IMG/VR virus record: IMGVR_UViG_3300008267_000007
Coordinates: 1 to 64,000 of that record
DNA length: 64,000 nt
Reading direction: 5' to 3' (one strand)
DNA from: a virus
Shown here: positions 38,864 to 47,760 of the stretch, one piece after another
Layout: every line of letters begins with the position of its first letter
Position numbering within the stretch: position 1 is the first letter of the stretch
Position numbers and translations under genes: made by a program
The notes under the pieces: generated by a model
Told to the model about the DNA's origin: nothing
Seen by the model: the letters and a program-made list of their open reading frames with translations, nothing else
The model's database searches: none

Positions 38864-39088
38864 TTTGGCTTTATAATTTTTAATTCGTATATTCAAGTAT
38901 TAATAATTAAAAACAATAAAGGTTATGATTTACTATGAAGGGTATAAGATATCATTAAATGATTATAATTATGATAATGGCTTACATACTAAATATGTAT
39001 TTTACAACATAGATAACAGTGATGATCCACATTTACATGGTACAGGGATGAGTGTTGAAGATTGTGAAAAACAAATAGACGAACTAAT

Positions 39089-40216
39089 ATGGTAAAAGTA
39101 TTCCCAACATTATATAAACGTTCTAATAGTAAAGAACATATCAATCAATGGCAAATTGAAGTTGATGGAGATAGTTTTAGAACCACAACTGGATTTGTTA
39201 ATATGAAGCAATTCACTGGTGACTGGACTAAATGTGAGCCTAAAAATATAGGTAAAAAGAATTCTACAACTTCTGAAGAGCAAGCGTTATTTGAAGCCAA
39301 TGCTATGTTTACTAAACGTAAAGATTTAGGTTATTGGGAAGATATTAATAATTGTGATAAGAAGGTGTTTTTTACACCAATGTTAGCACAAGATTATGAT
39401 AAACGTAAAGATAAGGTTAAATTTCCAATCCTATCACAACCTAAACTAGATGGTATTAGATGTGTAGTCAAATCTGATGGGATGTGGACTAGAAATGGTA
39501 AAGAAATTATATCTGCACCTCATGTGTATGAAAATTTAAAGCATATATTTGATTTACAACCTGACCTAGTATTAGACGGTGAATTGTATACTTCAAATAA
39601 GGACGTTGATTTTAACACTATTATTTCATGTGTTAGAAAAACTAAACCAACACAAGCTGATTTGGATTTGTCTGCTCAATATATTGAGTATTGGATGTAT
39701 GATATGTTAGATCCTAATGAAGTTGATTATGGTTATGAAGGGAGATGTGAAAATTTATTTGATTTAAAACGAGAATTTAATTTAGACCCGTTTATTTATA
39801 AAGTAATTGCAACTTATGAATTACCTGATGCTAAACAGGTAAATGAACAGTTAAGTCATTATATTGAACAAGGGTTTGAAGGTCAAATATTAAGAGACCC
39901 AAATTCATTATATGAAAATAAACGTTCCAATGGTTTATTAAAACATAAAACATTCCATGATGATGAGTTTAAGATATTATCAGTTAATGAAGGAGTAGGT
40001 AAATTTGCTAACAAAGCCGCTACTATGTCATTCCAAACACCAGAAGGAGTTAAATTTGACTCAACTATTAATGGTACAATGGAGTATTTAGAAGAAATAT
40101 GGGCCATTAAGGATCAATTAATAGGTAAGTTAGCAACTGTTAAGTATTTTGAAAAAACAACTGATGGTTCATTAAGATTTCCTAAAGTTATTCAAATAGA
40201 TCGTTTGGATATGTAA
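39089..40216 (+). CDS. ATP-dependent DNA ligase
   Basis: PMLA, KLDGIR (motif I), LDGELY, EGQILR, LLKHK, SLRFP. Confidence 0.93.
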   Translation: MVKVFPTLYKRSNSKEHINQWQIEVDGDSFRTTTGFVNMKQFTGDWTKCEPKNIGKKNSTTSEEQALFEANAMFTKRKDLGYWEDINNCDKKVFFTPMLAQDYDKRKDKVKFPILSQPKLDGIRCVVKSDGMWTRNGKEIISAPHVYENLKHIFDLQPDLVLDGELYTSNKDVDFNTIISCVRKTKPTQADLDLSAQYIEYWMYDMLDPNEVDYGYEGRCENLFDLKREFNLDPFIYKVIATYELPDAKQVNEQLSHYIEQGFEGQILRDPNSLYENKRSNGLLKHKTFHDDEFKILSVNEGVGKFANKAATMSFQTPEGVKFDSTINGTMEYLEEIWAIKDQLIGKLATVKYFEKTTDGSLRFPKVIQIDRLDM

Positions 40217-40339
40217 AATATATTTCGTATATTTAAGTGTTAAAAAGATATGATATGAAAAATTTAAAAGACTTTAGTTTAGCAATGTTATTATGGTTAG
40301 CATTTTATTTAGGAGCAATGCTGCTAATGTAATTAAAAT

Positions 40340-40429
40340 AGTCAGGTGGTGAAATGGTAAACACATGGTAGGCACTGTCCCCATATAGGTGAGAAACCTT
40401 GACTACAGGTTCGAGTCCTGTCCTGACAA
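40340..40429 (+). ncRNA. tRNA-like RNA 1 (type II body, non-canonical anticodon arm)
   Basis: GTCAGG/CCTGAC acceptor, GTG-AAATGGTAAA-CAC D-arm, AGGT-GAGAA-ACCT variable arm, ACAGG-TTCGAGT-CCTGT T-arm. Confidence 0.75.
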
Positions 40430-40438
40430 CAAATACAA

Positions 40439-40560
40439 GGTTCCTGAGATAAAGGATTAACTTAGCACTAACTAACTAAATACTTAAACTCCAGCATAAA
40501 GGTTTGCGACCCCAGTTAGTGATGGTGGTGGAAAGATAGGTTCAACTCCTGTAGGGACTA
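40439..40560 (+). ncRNA. tRNA-like RNA 2 (acceptor + T-arm, long insert in place of anticodon arm)
   Basis: GGTTCCT/AGGGACT acceptor, ATAGG-TTCAACT-CCTGT T-arm, CACTAACT/AGTTAGTG stem. Confidence 0.65.
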
Positions 40561-40569
40561 CTAAATAAA

Positions 40570-40651
40570 ACTCTATAAGATGTTATTGTCTCTAGTCTAG
40601 AATAGATTCAATGATACGATTCGTAGCTCCAAGGGTAGTGGCTTATAGAGT
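40570..40651 (+). ncRNA. putative structured RNA
   Basis: ACTCTATAAG/CTTATAGAGT 10-bp closing stem with internal hairpins. Confidence 0.4.
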
Positions 40652-40658
40652 ACCTGGA

Positions 40659-40734
40659 GATCAAGTAAGTTAAAAAGGTATAACATTCTGTCGAAAGGCA
40701 GAAAGGGTTGCAGGTTCGAATCCTGTCTTGGTTG
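40659..40734 (+). ncRNA. tRNA-like RNA 3 (anticodon arm capped by GAAA tetraloop, or an 8-nt loop)
   Basis: GATCAAG/CTTGGTT acceptor, GTTA/TAAC D-stem, TTCTGTC-GAAA-GGCAGAA, GCAGG-TTCGAAT-CCTGT. Confidence 0.75.
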
Positions 40735-40737
40735 CAA

Positions 40738-40799
40738 AAATAAAGAGAACCGTTATCTGCACCTTCGAGGTAGTAGAGAGCAGACGTCATACTTTATTT
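40738..40799 (+). ncRNA. putative structured RNA
   Basis: AAATAAAG/CTTTATTT closing stem, TCTGC/GCAGA, ACCT-TCG-AGGT. Confidence 0.4.
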
Positions 40800-40804
40800 A
40801 AATT

Positions 40805-40873
40805 TATTGTGTAGTCTCAGTGGTGGAGCTAGTCAAAATAAGACTGCAGTAGGTTCGATTCCTACCACAATAT
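40805..40873 (+). ncRNA. tRNA-like RNA 4 (loop AAAATAA, no U33, very short variable region)
   Basis: TATTGTG/CACAATA acceptor, CTC/GAG D-stem, TAGTC/GACTG stem, GTAGG-TTCGATT-CCTAC. Confidence 0.72.
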
Positions 40874-41045
40874 CAAAGAAATTAATTTAAAACCCAACAA
40901 AAATGAGTAAAAATAGTGCGAAGAAGAATTACCAATCATTAATTGAGTGGTTACCAACTTTAAATCAACCTAAAGTTAAGAAAGAGTTATCAACAACGAA
41001 ATTTTCCAAAGCGGATCATTATAAACAAAACGGAGTGAAATAATT

Positions 41046-41210
41046 ATGACAAGACGACAACAACTTATTAAAGAGGTAAAGGGACTAAACATCAAAACTA
41101 TTAGACCCGCGCATATGTGTACAACAGAGTATTTAGAATCAATAGTAAGTACTCCTAAAGCAGAGAAAGTAAGTTTTTTTAAAAGATTTCTACAGGGTGT
41201 TGGATTTTAA
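41046..41210 (+). CDS. 54-aa protein homologous to the N-terminus of the AT-hook protein
   Basis: Read by hand: MTRRQQLIKEVKGLNIKTIRPAHMCTTEYLESIV... Confidence 0.65.
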   Translation: MTRRQQLIKEVKGLNIKTIRPAHMCTTEYLESIVSTPKAEKVSFFKRFLQGVGF

Positions 41211-41349
41211 GTAACTTTTCGTATATTTAGGTATAATAATTAGATATATGAAAAAAGTACAATTCACAATGCAAGAAATTTGGGCAGCGTCACGACACAT
41301 TGTTCAAAAGAATAAGAAAAAGTATAATCGTAAAGAAAAGCATAATAGA

Positions 41350-41371
41350 AAGGACCCTAATAAGGGTCCTT
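41350..41371 (+). terminator. hairpin/terminator
   Basis: AAGGACCCT-AATA-AGGGTCCTT then ATTT. Confidence 0.6.
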
Positions 41372-41452
41372 ATTTAGTTTGTTAATAAGGGTTTTGAGAA
41401 GTATAATAAATTTCGTATATTTAAGTATTATTAATTTAAAACAACAAAGGTT

Positions 41453-42253
41453 ATGAAAAGTTTAAAAGCATTATCAAAAGAAGAATTACAATCATTAGCT
41501 CCTTCAGTTTTCAACCACACAATTAAACAAGGTTTGACTGATAAGTATGTTCACATCCCTACTGACACAATTGTTGAAGACATGGAAGCCTTAGGTTGGT
41601 TTCCATACGAAGTTAAAACAGTTCGCTCCAGAACCAAAAATGCTGCTACTAAAAAGCATTTAATTCAGTTTTTTAACCCTGATATTGTAATCAATAATGA
41701 AGCAGGTGAAGCTGATATGTACCCAGCATTACTTTTAATTAATTCTCATGATGGTTCAACAGCTGTTAGGTTTGAAATGGGAGTATTTAGAATGGTTTGT
41801 TCAAATGGTTTGGTTATTAAATCTCAAGATTTTGGAGGATTTAAAATGAAACATATGGGGTATTCATTTGAGGATTTACGTAATTATATTAGTGAATTAG
41901 TAAATACCTTACCAATAGTTGTTGAAAATCTTAACAAATTTTCTCAATTTGAAATGACACCTGAAGAACAATACACTTTTGCTGTTAAAGCGGTTGAAGC
42001 AAGATTTGGCGAAGAAAAACAATTACCTGAATGTGAAATCAACAATTTACTAACTGCTGATAGAAAAGAAGATGAAGGTAATTCAGTTTGGGTGGTTTTG
42101 AATAGAGTTCAAGAAAAATTAACAAATGGTGGTTTTGGTTACCTAAATGTTAAAGGTAAGCCAAGAAAAGCAAGAGCTGTTAAAAATTTCACACAAGACT
42201 TGTCAATGAACCAAAAATTGTGGGAATTAGCTGAGGAATTTATTGCATCATAA
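41453..42253 (+). CDS. DUF932/DUF945 family protein
   Basis: APSVF, LINSHDGS, GVFRMVCSNGLV, W..LNRVQE. Confidence 0.85.
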   Translation: MKSLKALSKEELQSLAPSVFNHTIKQGLTDKYVHIPTDTIVEDMEALGWFPYEVKTVRSRTKNAATKKHLIQFFNPDIVINNEAGEADMYPALLLINSHDGSTAVRFEMGVFRMVCSNGLVIKSQDFGGFKMKHMGYSFEDLRNYISELVNTLPIVVENLNKFSQFEMTPEEQYTFAVKAVEARFGEEKQLPECEINNLLTADRKEDEGNSVWVVLNRVQEKLTNGGFGYLNVKGKPRKARAVKNFTQDLSMNQKLWELAEEFIAS

Positions 42254-42332
42254 TTGAAATTTAATAAAAGGAAGGGGATCTACGGATCTCCTTTCGTATA
42301 TTACAGTATATTAATAAAAAATATAAAGGGTT

Positions 42333-42731
42333 ATGAGTAGAATAGCGGTTCAATTCAAAGATAAACCAGACATAGTAATTTATAAAATTGTTGGTTTTAC
42401 AAAAGATAAACATGACATATTAATGGAAAATGTTAAGGATTTTCTTAAACACCCATTAATTGAATCATATGAGATGATTGAAGATAAACACAAGGCAGGC
42501 CATAATGAAGGTGGAAGTAAAAACTATGAATCCAAATATGAAAGGGAAAATAATAAATTACCTAAAGCAATCGCTAAGGAGGTAATTCAAGTAGCTACTT
42601 CATTAAAGGGTTGTACTAAAGACACTATTGATCGATGGAACACACATTTAGATTTTGACTTAAATGAAAAATTAAATGGTAAGTATGGATTTACTGGTGC
42701 TAAAAGATTATATAATATATTTGGCTTGTAA
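42333..42731 (+). CDS. hypothetical protein
   Basis: Own promoter motif at 42293, preceded by a hairpin. Confidence 0.7.
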   Translation: MSRIAVQFKDKPDIVIYKIVGFTKDKHDILMENVKDFLKHPLIESYEMIEDKHKAGHNEGGSKNYESKYERENNKLPKAIAKEVIQVATSLKGCTKDTIDRWNTHLDFDLNEKLNGKYGFTGAKRLYNIFGL

Positions 42732-42787
42732 ATTTTAAATTCGTATATTTAAGTATTAATAAGATAAATAATTAAAAAATAAAGGTT

Positions 42788-43525
42788 ATGAAAAATTTAG
42801 AAGAACAAAAAGCAATCGTTTTAGTAAGAAAAGAAGAATTAGAAAACAAAAGAGCTGAAATTTATGTTAGAGAGAAAGCTGCAATGGGAGAAACTATAGG
42901 AAGCTTCTTCAAAACATTCCCTCAAGATGTAGAGATTACAGTAAGTAGTGGTTCAGTTTATTTCAAAATAGATCATCCAGATTACTCTTACAAAAAGGAA
43001 TTATTTAATTTATATTTAAGAGAGAATTGGAGTGAGGATGGAAGAGCTTACAATGGGGTTGATTTGTCTTATTATACAACTTCGACAAAAGGAATGGATA
43101 GTTGGGAATTGAAAAGGTTACAATTGTTAGGTAAGTTAGCTGAAATTGTTTTTGAAGATCAAGAAAAGATAGTTGATGCTGCAAACAATACTGCAAATGA
43201 GTTTAAAGAAGAATATAAAGAGGTTTATGCTGAATTACAAATTGTAGGAAAAGAGTTAGGGGAGATAAATGAAAAGATAAAGGTAATTAAAGATCATGAA
43301 ACTGAGATTAAATTACGTAGTGAAGAAGGAGTAATGTTTGATAAGGAGGTACATATTGAATTAAAAAGAAATTACACTGCTAGAATTGCTAAAATCAAAA
43401 TAGTTGAAATTAAAGGTAAAACTTGTACAGTTGCAATTGAAACAAATAATAATTATAAAACAACAGAATCAAGAGTAAATGTTGAAAATCTTATTAGACA
43501 AGTTAAGTATCATAGTGCATTGTAA
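42788..43525 (+). CDS. hypothetical coiled-coil protein
   Basis: Own promoter motif at 42740. Confidence 0.75.
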   Translation: MKNLEEQKAIVLVRKEELENKRAEIYVREKAAMGETIGSFFKTFPQDVEITVSSGSVYFKIDHPDYSYKKELFNLYLRENWSEDGRAYNGVDLSYYTTSTKGMDSWELKRLQLLGKLAEIVFEDQEKIVDAANNTANEFKEEYKEVYAELQIVGKELGEINEKIKVIKDHETEIKLRSEEGVMFDKEVHIELKRNYTARIAKIKIVEIKGKTCTVAIETNNNYKTTESRVNVENLIRQVKYHSAL

Positions 43526-43588
43526 TTAAAGGAAGGGGATTTTATATCCCCTTTTCGTATATTTAAGTATAATTGAAAAATAAATGTT

Positions 43589-43792
43589 ATGGAAAGTAAA
43601 GTAAATGAATTAAGAAATGCAATAGGTAAAGAATTTAGTGATAATCATTCTAATACCTTACGTTCAGTTTTATTAAGTGTTTCCAAATGTGGTAACGTTT
43701 GTTATACAATGAGTGTAGATTCTTATGATAAAAAAGGAGGTAAAATAAGTAAACAACCTAGTTGGTTAACTTGGAATGCTATGTTTTATTAA
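43589..43792 (+). CDS. hypothetical protein
   Basis: Own promoter motif at 43554. Confidence 0.7.
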   Translation: MESKVNELRNAIGKEFSDNHSNTLRSVLLSVSKCGNVCYTMSVDSYDKKGGKISKQPSWLTWNAMFY

Positions 43793-44028
43793 AGGAATTT
43801 GAGATTATAAATGAATTTCGTATATTTAAGTATTAATAATTTAAAACAATAAAGGTTATGTCACACCCATCAAATCAGGAATTTTTAGAATATTGGACGG
43901 AATTTTATATGAATCAAGGAATTGATTTAGAAAGAGCAATTGAGTTAGCTGAGAAGGAATTGAATGGTTGGGATTAAGTTCGTATATTTAAGTATAAGAA
44001 AAATTAATAATTTAAAACAATAAAGGTT

Positions 44029-44340
44029 ATGGCAACTAAAACAGAAAAAAGTACAAATGGAACTTCATTTCATGATGTAACAATTAAAGCAAGTGCTCAA
44101 GATTTAATTAATGTATTTGGTGAACCAACTATTCAGGATAATACAGGTGAAGATAAAGTTAATATGGAGTGGTGCATGGAAACTGAAAGTGGAGATGTAT
44201 TTGCAATATATGATTGGAAGTATTATAGAAAATTAGAATTAGATGAAATTGTTGAGTGGCACGTAGGAGCTCATTCAAGAAGTATTTCAGGTGAAGCTCA
44301 ATACGAAGTGATGAGGGAGTTAGGTAATTATGTTGAGTAA
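44029..44340 (+). CDS. hypothetical protein
   Basis: Own promoter motif; FGEP...IYDWK...WHVG. Confidence 0.75.
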   Translation: MATKTEKSTNGTSFHDVTIKASAQDLINVFGEPTIQDNTGEDKVNMEWCMETESGDVFAIYDWKYYRKLELDEIVEWHVGAHSRSISGEAQYEVMRELGNYVE

Positions 44341-44650
44341 AGCAGAAATTGCAAGGTATTTAAGTAAAGAAGTTAATGCTTCTAAAGGTGAATTGGTACA
44401 GTTCTTACATTCAAACTTCTATAAAGATGGATTAAATGAAGAGCAGTACCTTCATACCTTTAAACAATTTATAATTGAATTAAATGAATTCTTACTTGAT
44501 TCAAAAGAATTTAGTATAAATGATACCTTTCTTAAAAACAAACCATTTACTACTTCTAAAATACCTAAAAAAGTATTAAAGCAAATGGAATTAGATTATT
44601 TAGAGAATCAAAAGTCTATAGAACAAATAATACGGGAAATAGATAATTAA
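44330..44650 (+). CDS. hypothetical protein
   Basis: ORF track. Confidence 0.6.
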   Translation: MLSKAEIARYLSKEVNASKGELVQFLHSNFYKDGLNEEQYLHTFKQFIIELNEFLLDSKEFSINDTFLKNKPFTTSKIPKKVLKQMELDYLENQKSIEQIIREIDN

Positions 44651-44707
44651 TTCAAATTTCGTATATTTAAGATGTAAGAAAGATAAATAATTAAAACAAC
44701 AAATGTT

Positions 44708-45061
44708 ATGACTCGAGACTTCAGACCTTCACAAGTTCAATTAGATTATTTGAATGTAGATATGATTCCTCACTTGGAGAAATTAGGAATAGATGTAGAG
44801 AATTATGAATATGAAATTAAAGTAATTGAATGGTACAATTGGGATCATAAGCCAAGATGGTTTGTTCATATCTCAAAGTATTCTGGATTAGGTAAAAAGG
44901 TAGGATATGTAGAAGTTGATATGTACTGTAATGGATATAATGGAGAGGATCATCCACTTGGAGATATCTCAATAGAATTAGCAGATCATGGATTTCCTTG
45001 CATAGCTACTACTATAGTTCGACTTGAAGATGATGGATATGTTATTACAGAAGTTGAATAA
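44708..45061 (+). CDS. hypothetical protein
   Basis: Own promoter motif at 44658. Confidence 0.7.
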   Translation: MTRDFRPSQVQLDYLNVDMIPHLEKLGIDVENYEYEIKVIEWYNWDHKPRWFVHISKYSGLGKKVGYVEVDMYCNGYNGEDHPLGDISIELADHGFPCIATTIVRLEDDGYVITEVE

Positions 45062-45123
45062 AAAAGTTGCTTACTAAAATAAAATTCGTATATTTAAGTA
45101 TTATAAATTTAAAAATAAAGGTT

Positions 45124-45309
45124 ATGAATATAGAAGATTTAAGAGGAAGAGAATTTATTTATCACAATGATGAATCAACTGTGTATATTGTAGGTAGAGG
45201 AAAAGATGGTAAAACTGTGATTAACTGGAAAGGTTCTGCAGATACTACAGTATACAGAGATGGTGAGATTGAAAATTTTTTTGAAAGAGGAAGATGGATT
45301 TTATTGTAA
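45124..45309 (+). CDS. hypothetical protein
   Basis: AAAGGTTATG start after promoter motif at 45085. Confidence 0.7.
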   Translation: MNIEDLRGREFIYHNDESTVYIVGRGKDGKTVINWKGSADTTVYRDGEIENFFERGRWILL

Positions 45310-45373
45310 AAAAGTTGTTTAGTATTAAAATCTTTCGTATATTTAAGTATTAATAATAAAATAAATAAAAGTT

Positions 45374-45640
45374 ATGGAAAATCTAGTAGAACAATTGTTA
45401 AAAGAAACTGCAAACAAACGAATTTTTACAGTAACATTTGTAAAAAAGGACGGTAGCATTAGAAAAATGAATGCTATGAGAGGTGTTAGAAAAGGTGTTA
45501 AAGGTGTAGGTTATAGTTTTAACCCTTCAGAAAAAAACCTATTAACTGTATATGATATGAAAATAAAAGAATTTAGATTTGTAAATTTGAATGACGTGTT
45601 ATCATTTACTGCTAATAAAAAGAAATTTGTAAAGGAATAA
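45374..45640 (+). CDS. SH3-like beta-barrel protein (DUF2693/WYL_2-like)
   Basis: FTVTFVKKDGSIRKM...VYDM..KEFR. Confidence 0.65.
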   Translation: MENLVEQLLKETANKRIFTVTFVKKDGSIRKMNAMRGVRKGVKGVGYSFNPSEKNLLTVYDMKIKEFRFVNLNDVLSFTANKKKFVKE

Positions 45641-45692
45641 TTTAGAAAATAAAATTTCGTATATTTAAGTATAATTTAAATAATAAAAGAAA

Positions 45693-45899
45693 ATGGAAAC
45701 AGTAAATTATGCAGGTTTTGAATTTAAATTTGATTACAATTACCAACCAGCAGAAAAACAAACTTGGGATTATCCAGGTTGTGACGAGAGTTTTGAGATA
45801 TTTAATGTTACTTTAAATAACATTGATGCCTCAGAATTGCTTGAGAGTCAAATTGATGAGTTTGAAGAAGAAGTAATTAATATGCTTAAAGGAAGATAA
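45693..45899 (+). CDS. small acidic hypothetical protein
   Basis: Own promoter motif at 45656. Confidence 0.7.
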   Translation: METVNYAGFEFKFDYNYQPAEKQTWDYPGCDESFEIFNVTLNNIDASELLESQIDEFEEEVINMLKGR

Positions 45900-46104
45900 T
45901 ATGAGTAAGAAAAATAAATCGGTTTGGAATGAACCTACTGAAAAGGAACCAGATGTGTATAAAATTATTAAAGATGAAAATCTTGATAGTTTACTCAATG
46001 AGGGACTAGATGAAGATGATTTTGATTATGAGTTAGGATATGACGATGAATACTAAAAAGTAATTCGTATATTCAAGTATTATTAATTTAAAACAATAAA
46101 GGTT

Positions 46105-46359
46105 ATGCTAGACACGTATAATGACAACAATTTCAATTCCAACAACCCTGATAACTTTCCAGAGGAAGATTATTTAGATTATTCATTAATTGACAATATT
46201 GTATTTGGGGGAATTGACCCTGAAGATCATCCTCACTATTGTGACGCTTATATTGAAAGTGCAGACTATAATGGAAGAGAATTAACAGAAGCTGAATTGG
46301 AAGTAATTAATTTAGATATTAGTTATTGGCATATGGATATTGTAGAAGCAGCATTTTAG
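46105..46359 (+). CDS. very acidic hypothetical protein
   Basis: About 21 D/E vs 1 R and 0 K in 84 aa. Confidence 0.7.
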   Translation: MLDTYNDNNFNSNNPDNFPEEDYLDYSLIDNIVFGGIDPEDHPHYCDAYIESADYNGRELTEAELEVINLDISYWHMDIVEAAF

Positions 46360-46422
46360 ATAAGGAATTTGATTAATAAATAATAGTTCGTATATTTAAG
46401 TATAATAATAAAAATAAAAGTT

Positions 46423-46674
46423 ATGGAAAATGCAACATATAAAAAGATAGAAGGTAAAAACCTAATAATAGGAAATACATACTATCTAGATAATGGTGGA
46501 ATAAATAAAGCAATCTATGAGGGGATAATGGAAGGTGGTGCCGGGAAAGATAGATGTTTATTCACTCCCATAGGACATACACAATACTTTTTGTATGATG
46601 ATTCTCACCATGGGGGGGGATATGGGGGAATGTTTACTATATGGACTGAAGGGAACTTTTATGAGAAGGAATAG
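46423..46674 (+). CDS. hypothetical protein
   Basis: Own promoter motif at 46387. Confidence 0.7.
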   Translation: MENATYKKIEGKNLIIGNTYYLDNGGINKAIYEGIMEGGAGKDRCLFTPIGHTQYFLYDDSHHGGGYGGMFTIWTEGNFYEKE

Positions 46675-46729
46675 TATATTATAATTTAATTTCGTATATT
46701 TAAGTATATTAATAATAAAAACAAAGGTT

Positions 46730-47074
46730 ATGAAAACTACAAAACAAAATGTTATCGCTCAGGTTCAAAATTCAGTTAGTTCAATCTTTTCAAAAGAAGA
46801 TGTAATTAATTTAATCAATTCTATTCAAGCAGATAGAGTAATTACTACAAGAGATATTGAAAGAGCAATTGATAGTGTTGTAAGTAATTTTGAAATGAAC
46901 AATCAAGATGTTGTTGAACTTCATACTGCAGAATTTAATATTGGGTATAACAATCAATTAGAAGTTGACAACGTTGGTTTAAATTTAGATTATATTAGAG
47001 AAGCACTTGAAAATCAATTTATGGATTTTGGTGAAGTTGAAAATGATGAAGAAGTAGATTTAAATAAAATATAG
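46730..47074 (+). CDS. hypothetical protein
   Basis: Own promoter motif at 46691. Confidence 0.72.
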   Translation: MKTTKQNVIAQVQNSVSSIFSKEDVINLINSIQADRVITTRDIERAIDSVVSNFEMNNQDVVELHTAEFNIGYNNQLEVDNVGLNLDYIREALENQFMDFGEVENDEEVDLNKI

Positions 47075-47136
47075 GTAATTAATTATTAAAATAAAATTCG
47101 TATATTCAAGTATTAATAAGATAAAAACCAAAACAC

Positions 47137-47325
47137 ATGACATTACAGGTAGTAAATCCAACATTAGAAAAGTTCAACCAATTCAGAACTACAACTAAAA
47201 CATTGTTCCAAGATGTTAAGGAACGAGGGTGGAATATAAAAGATTGTAAAGTAACAGAATTAAAAGAGGAATTAATACATACCTTATACCGAAGTGCAGA
47301 TGGAAAAAACTGTGCCAGGAATTAA
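47137..47325 (+). CDS. hypothetical protein
   Basis: Own promoter motif at 47097. Confidence 0.6.
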   Translation: MTLQVVNPTLEKFNQFRTTTKTLFQDVKERGWNIKDCKVTELKEELIHTLYRSADGKNCARN

Positions 47326-47373
47326 CAACATAATTGTTTCATAACCAATTATTATTTTTTAATTATACTAGTG

Positions 47374-47396
47374 AATGGTCCCTTAAGGGGACCATT
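47374..47396 (+). terminator. hairpin/terminator
   Basis: AATGGTCCCT-TAA-GGGGACCATT followed by T-rich tract. Confidence 0.6.
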
Positions 47397-47481
47397 TATG
47401 TTTTAAAGAATGAATAGTTTATTATAATATAATTTCGTATATTTAAGTGTTAATAAGATAAATAATTAAAAAATAAAGGTC

Positions 47482-47760
47482 ATGACAAAAGATCAATTCA
47501 CATCAAGAGAATCATTTAAAGTAAAAGGAGAAGGAAATTACAAAGGGGCTTGCACATTTAAGTTTAATGGAGATCACCTATGGAAAGAGACTAGATCTTC
47601 AATAGATGATTCAGTATTGTTTACTTCTTATCATTTAAACATAGACAAGATAACTAAAGTAGGCTTTGAAGGGTTTGTTTATGTAATGTCTAAGTTAGTG
47701 AAAGTTAAATACAGATTTGAGGATTTAGTAGAATTTGAAATCGAGGAAGCGCTTAATTAA
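47482..47760 (+). CDS. hypothetical protein
   Basis: Own promoter motif at 47434. Confidence 0.7.
   Translation: MTKDQFTSRESFKVKGEGNYKGACTFKFNGDHLWKETRSSIDDSVLFTSYHLNIDKITKVGFEGFVYVMSKLVKVKYRFEDLVEFEIEEALN

Noticed and set aside
40608-40790. Minus-strand 60-aa ORF
   Set aside because: It is antisense to tRNA-like RNA 3 and has no start context.
40340-40873. Assigning amino-acid identities (e.g. Phe-GAA, Ile-AAT) to the tRNA-like genes
   Set aside because: The loops lack canonical size or U33, so anticodon calls are unsupported.
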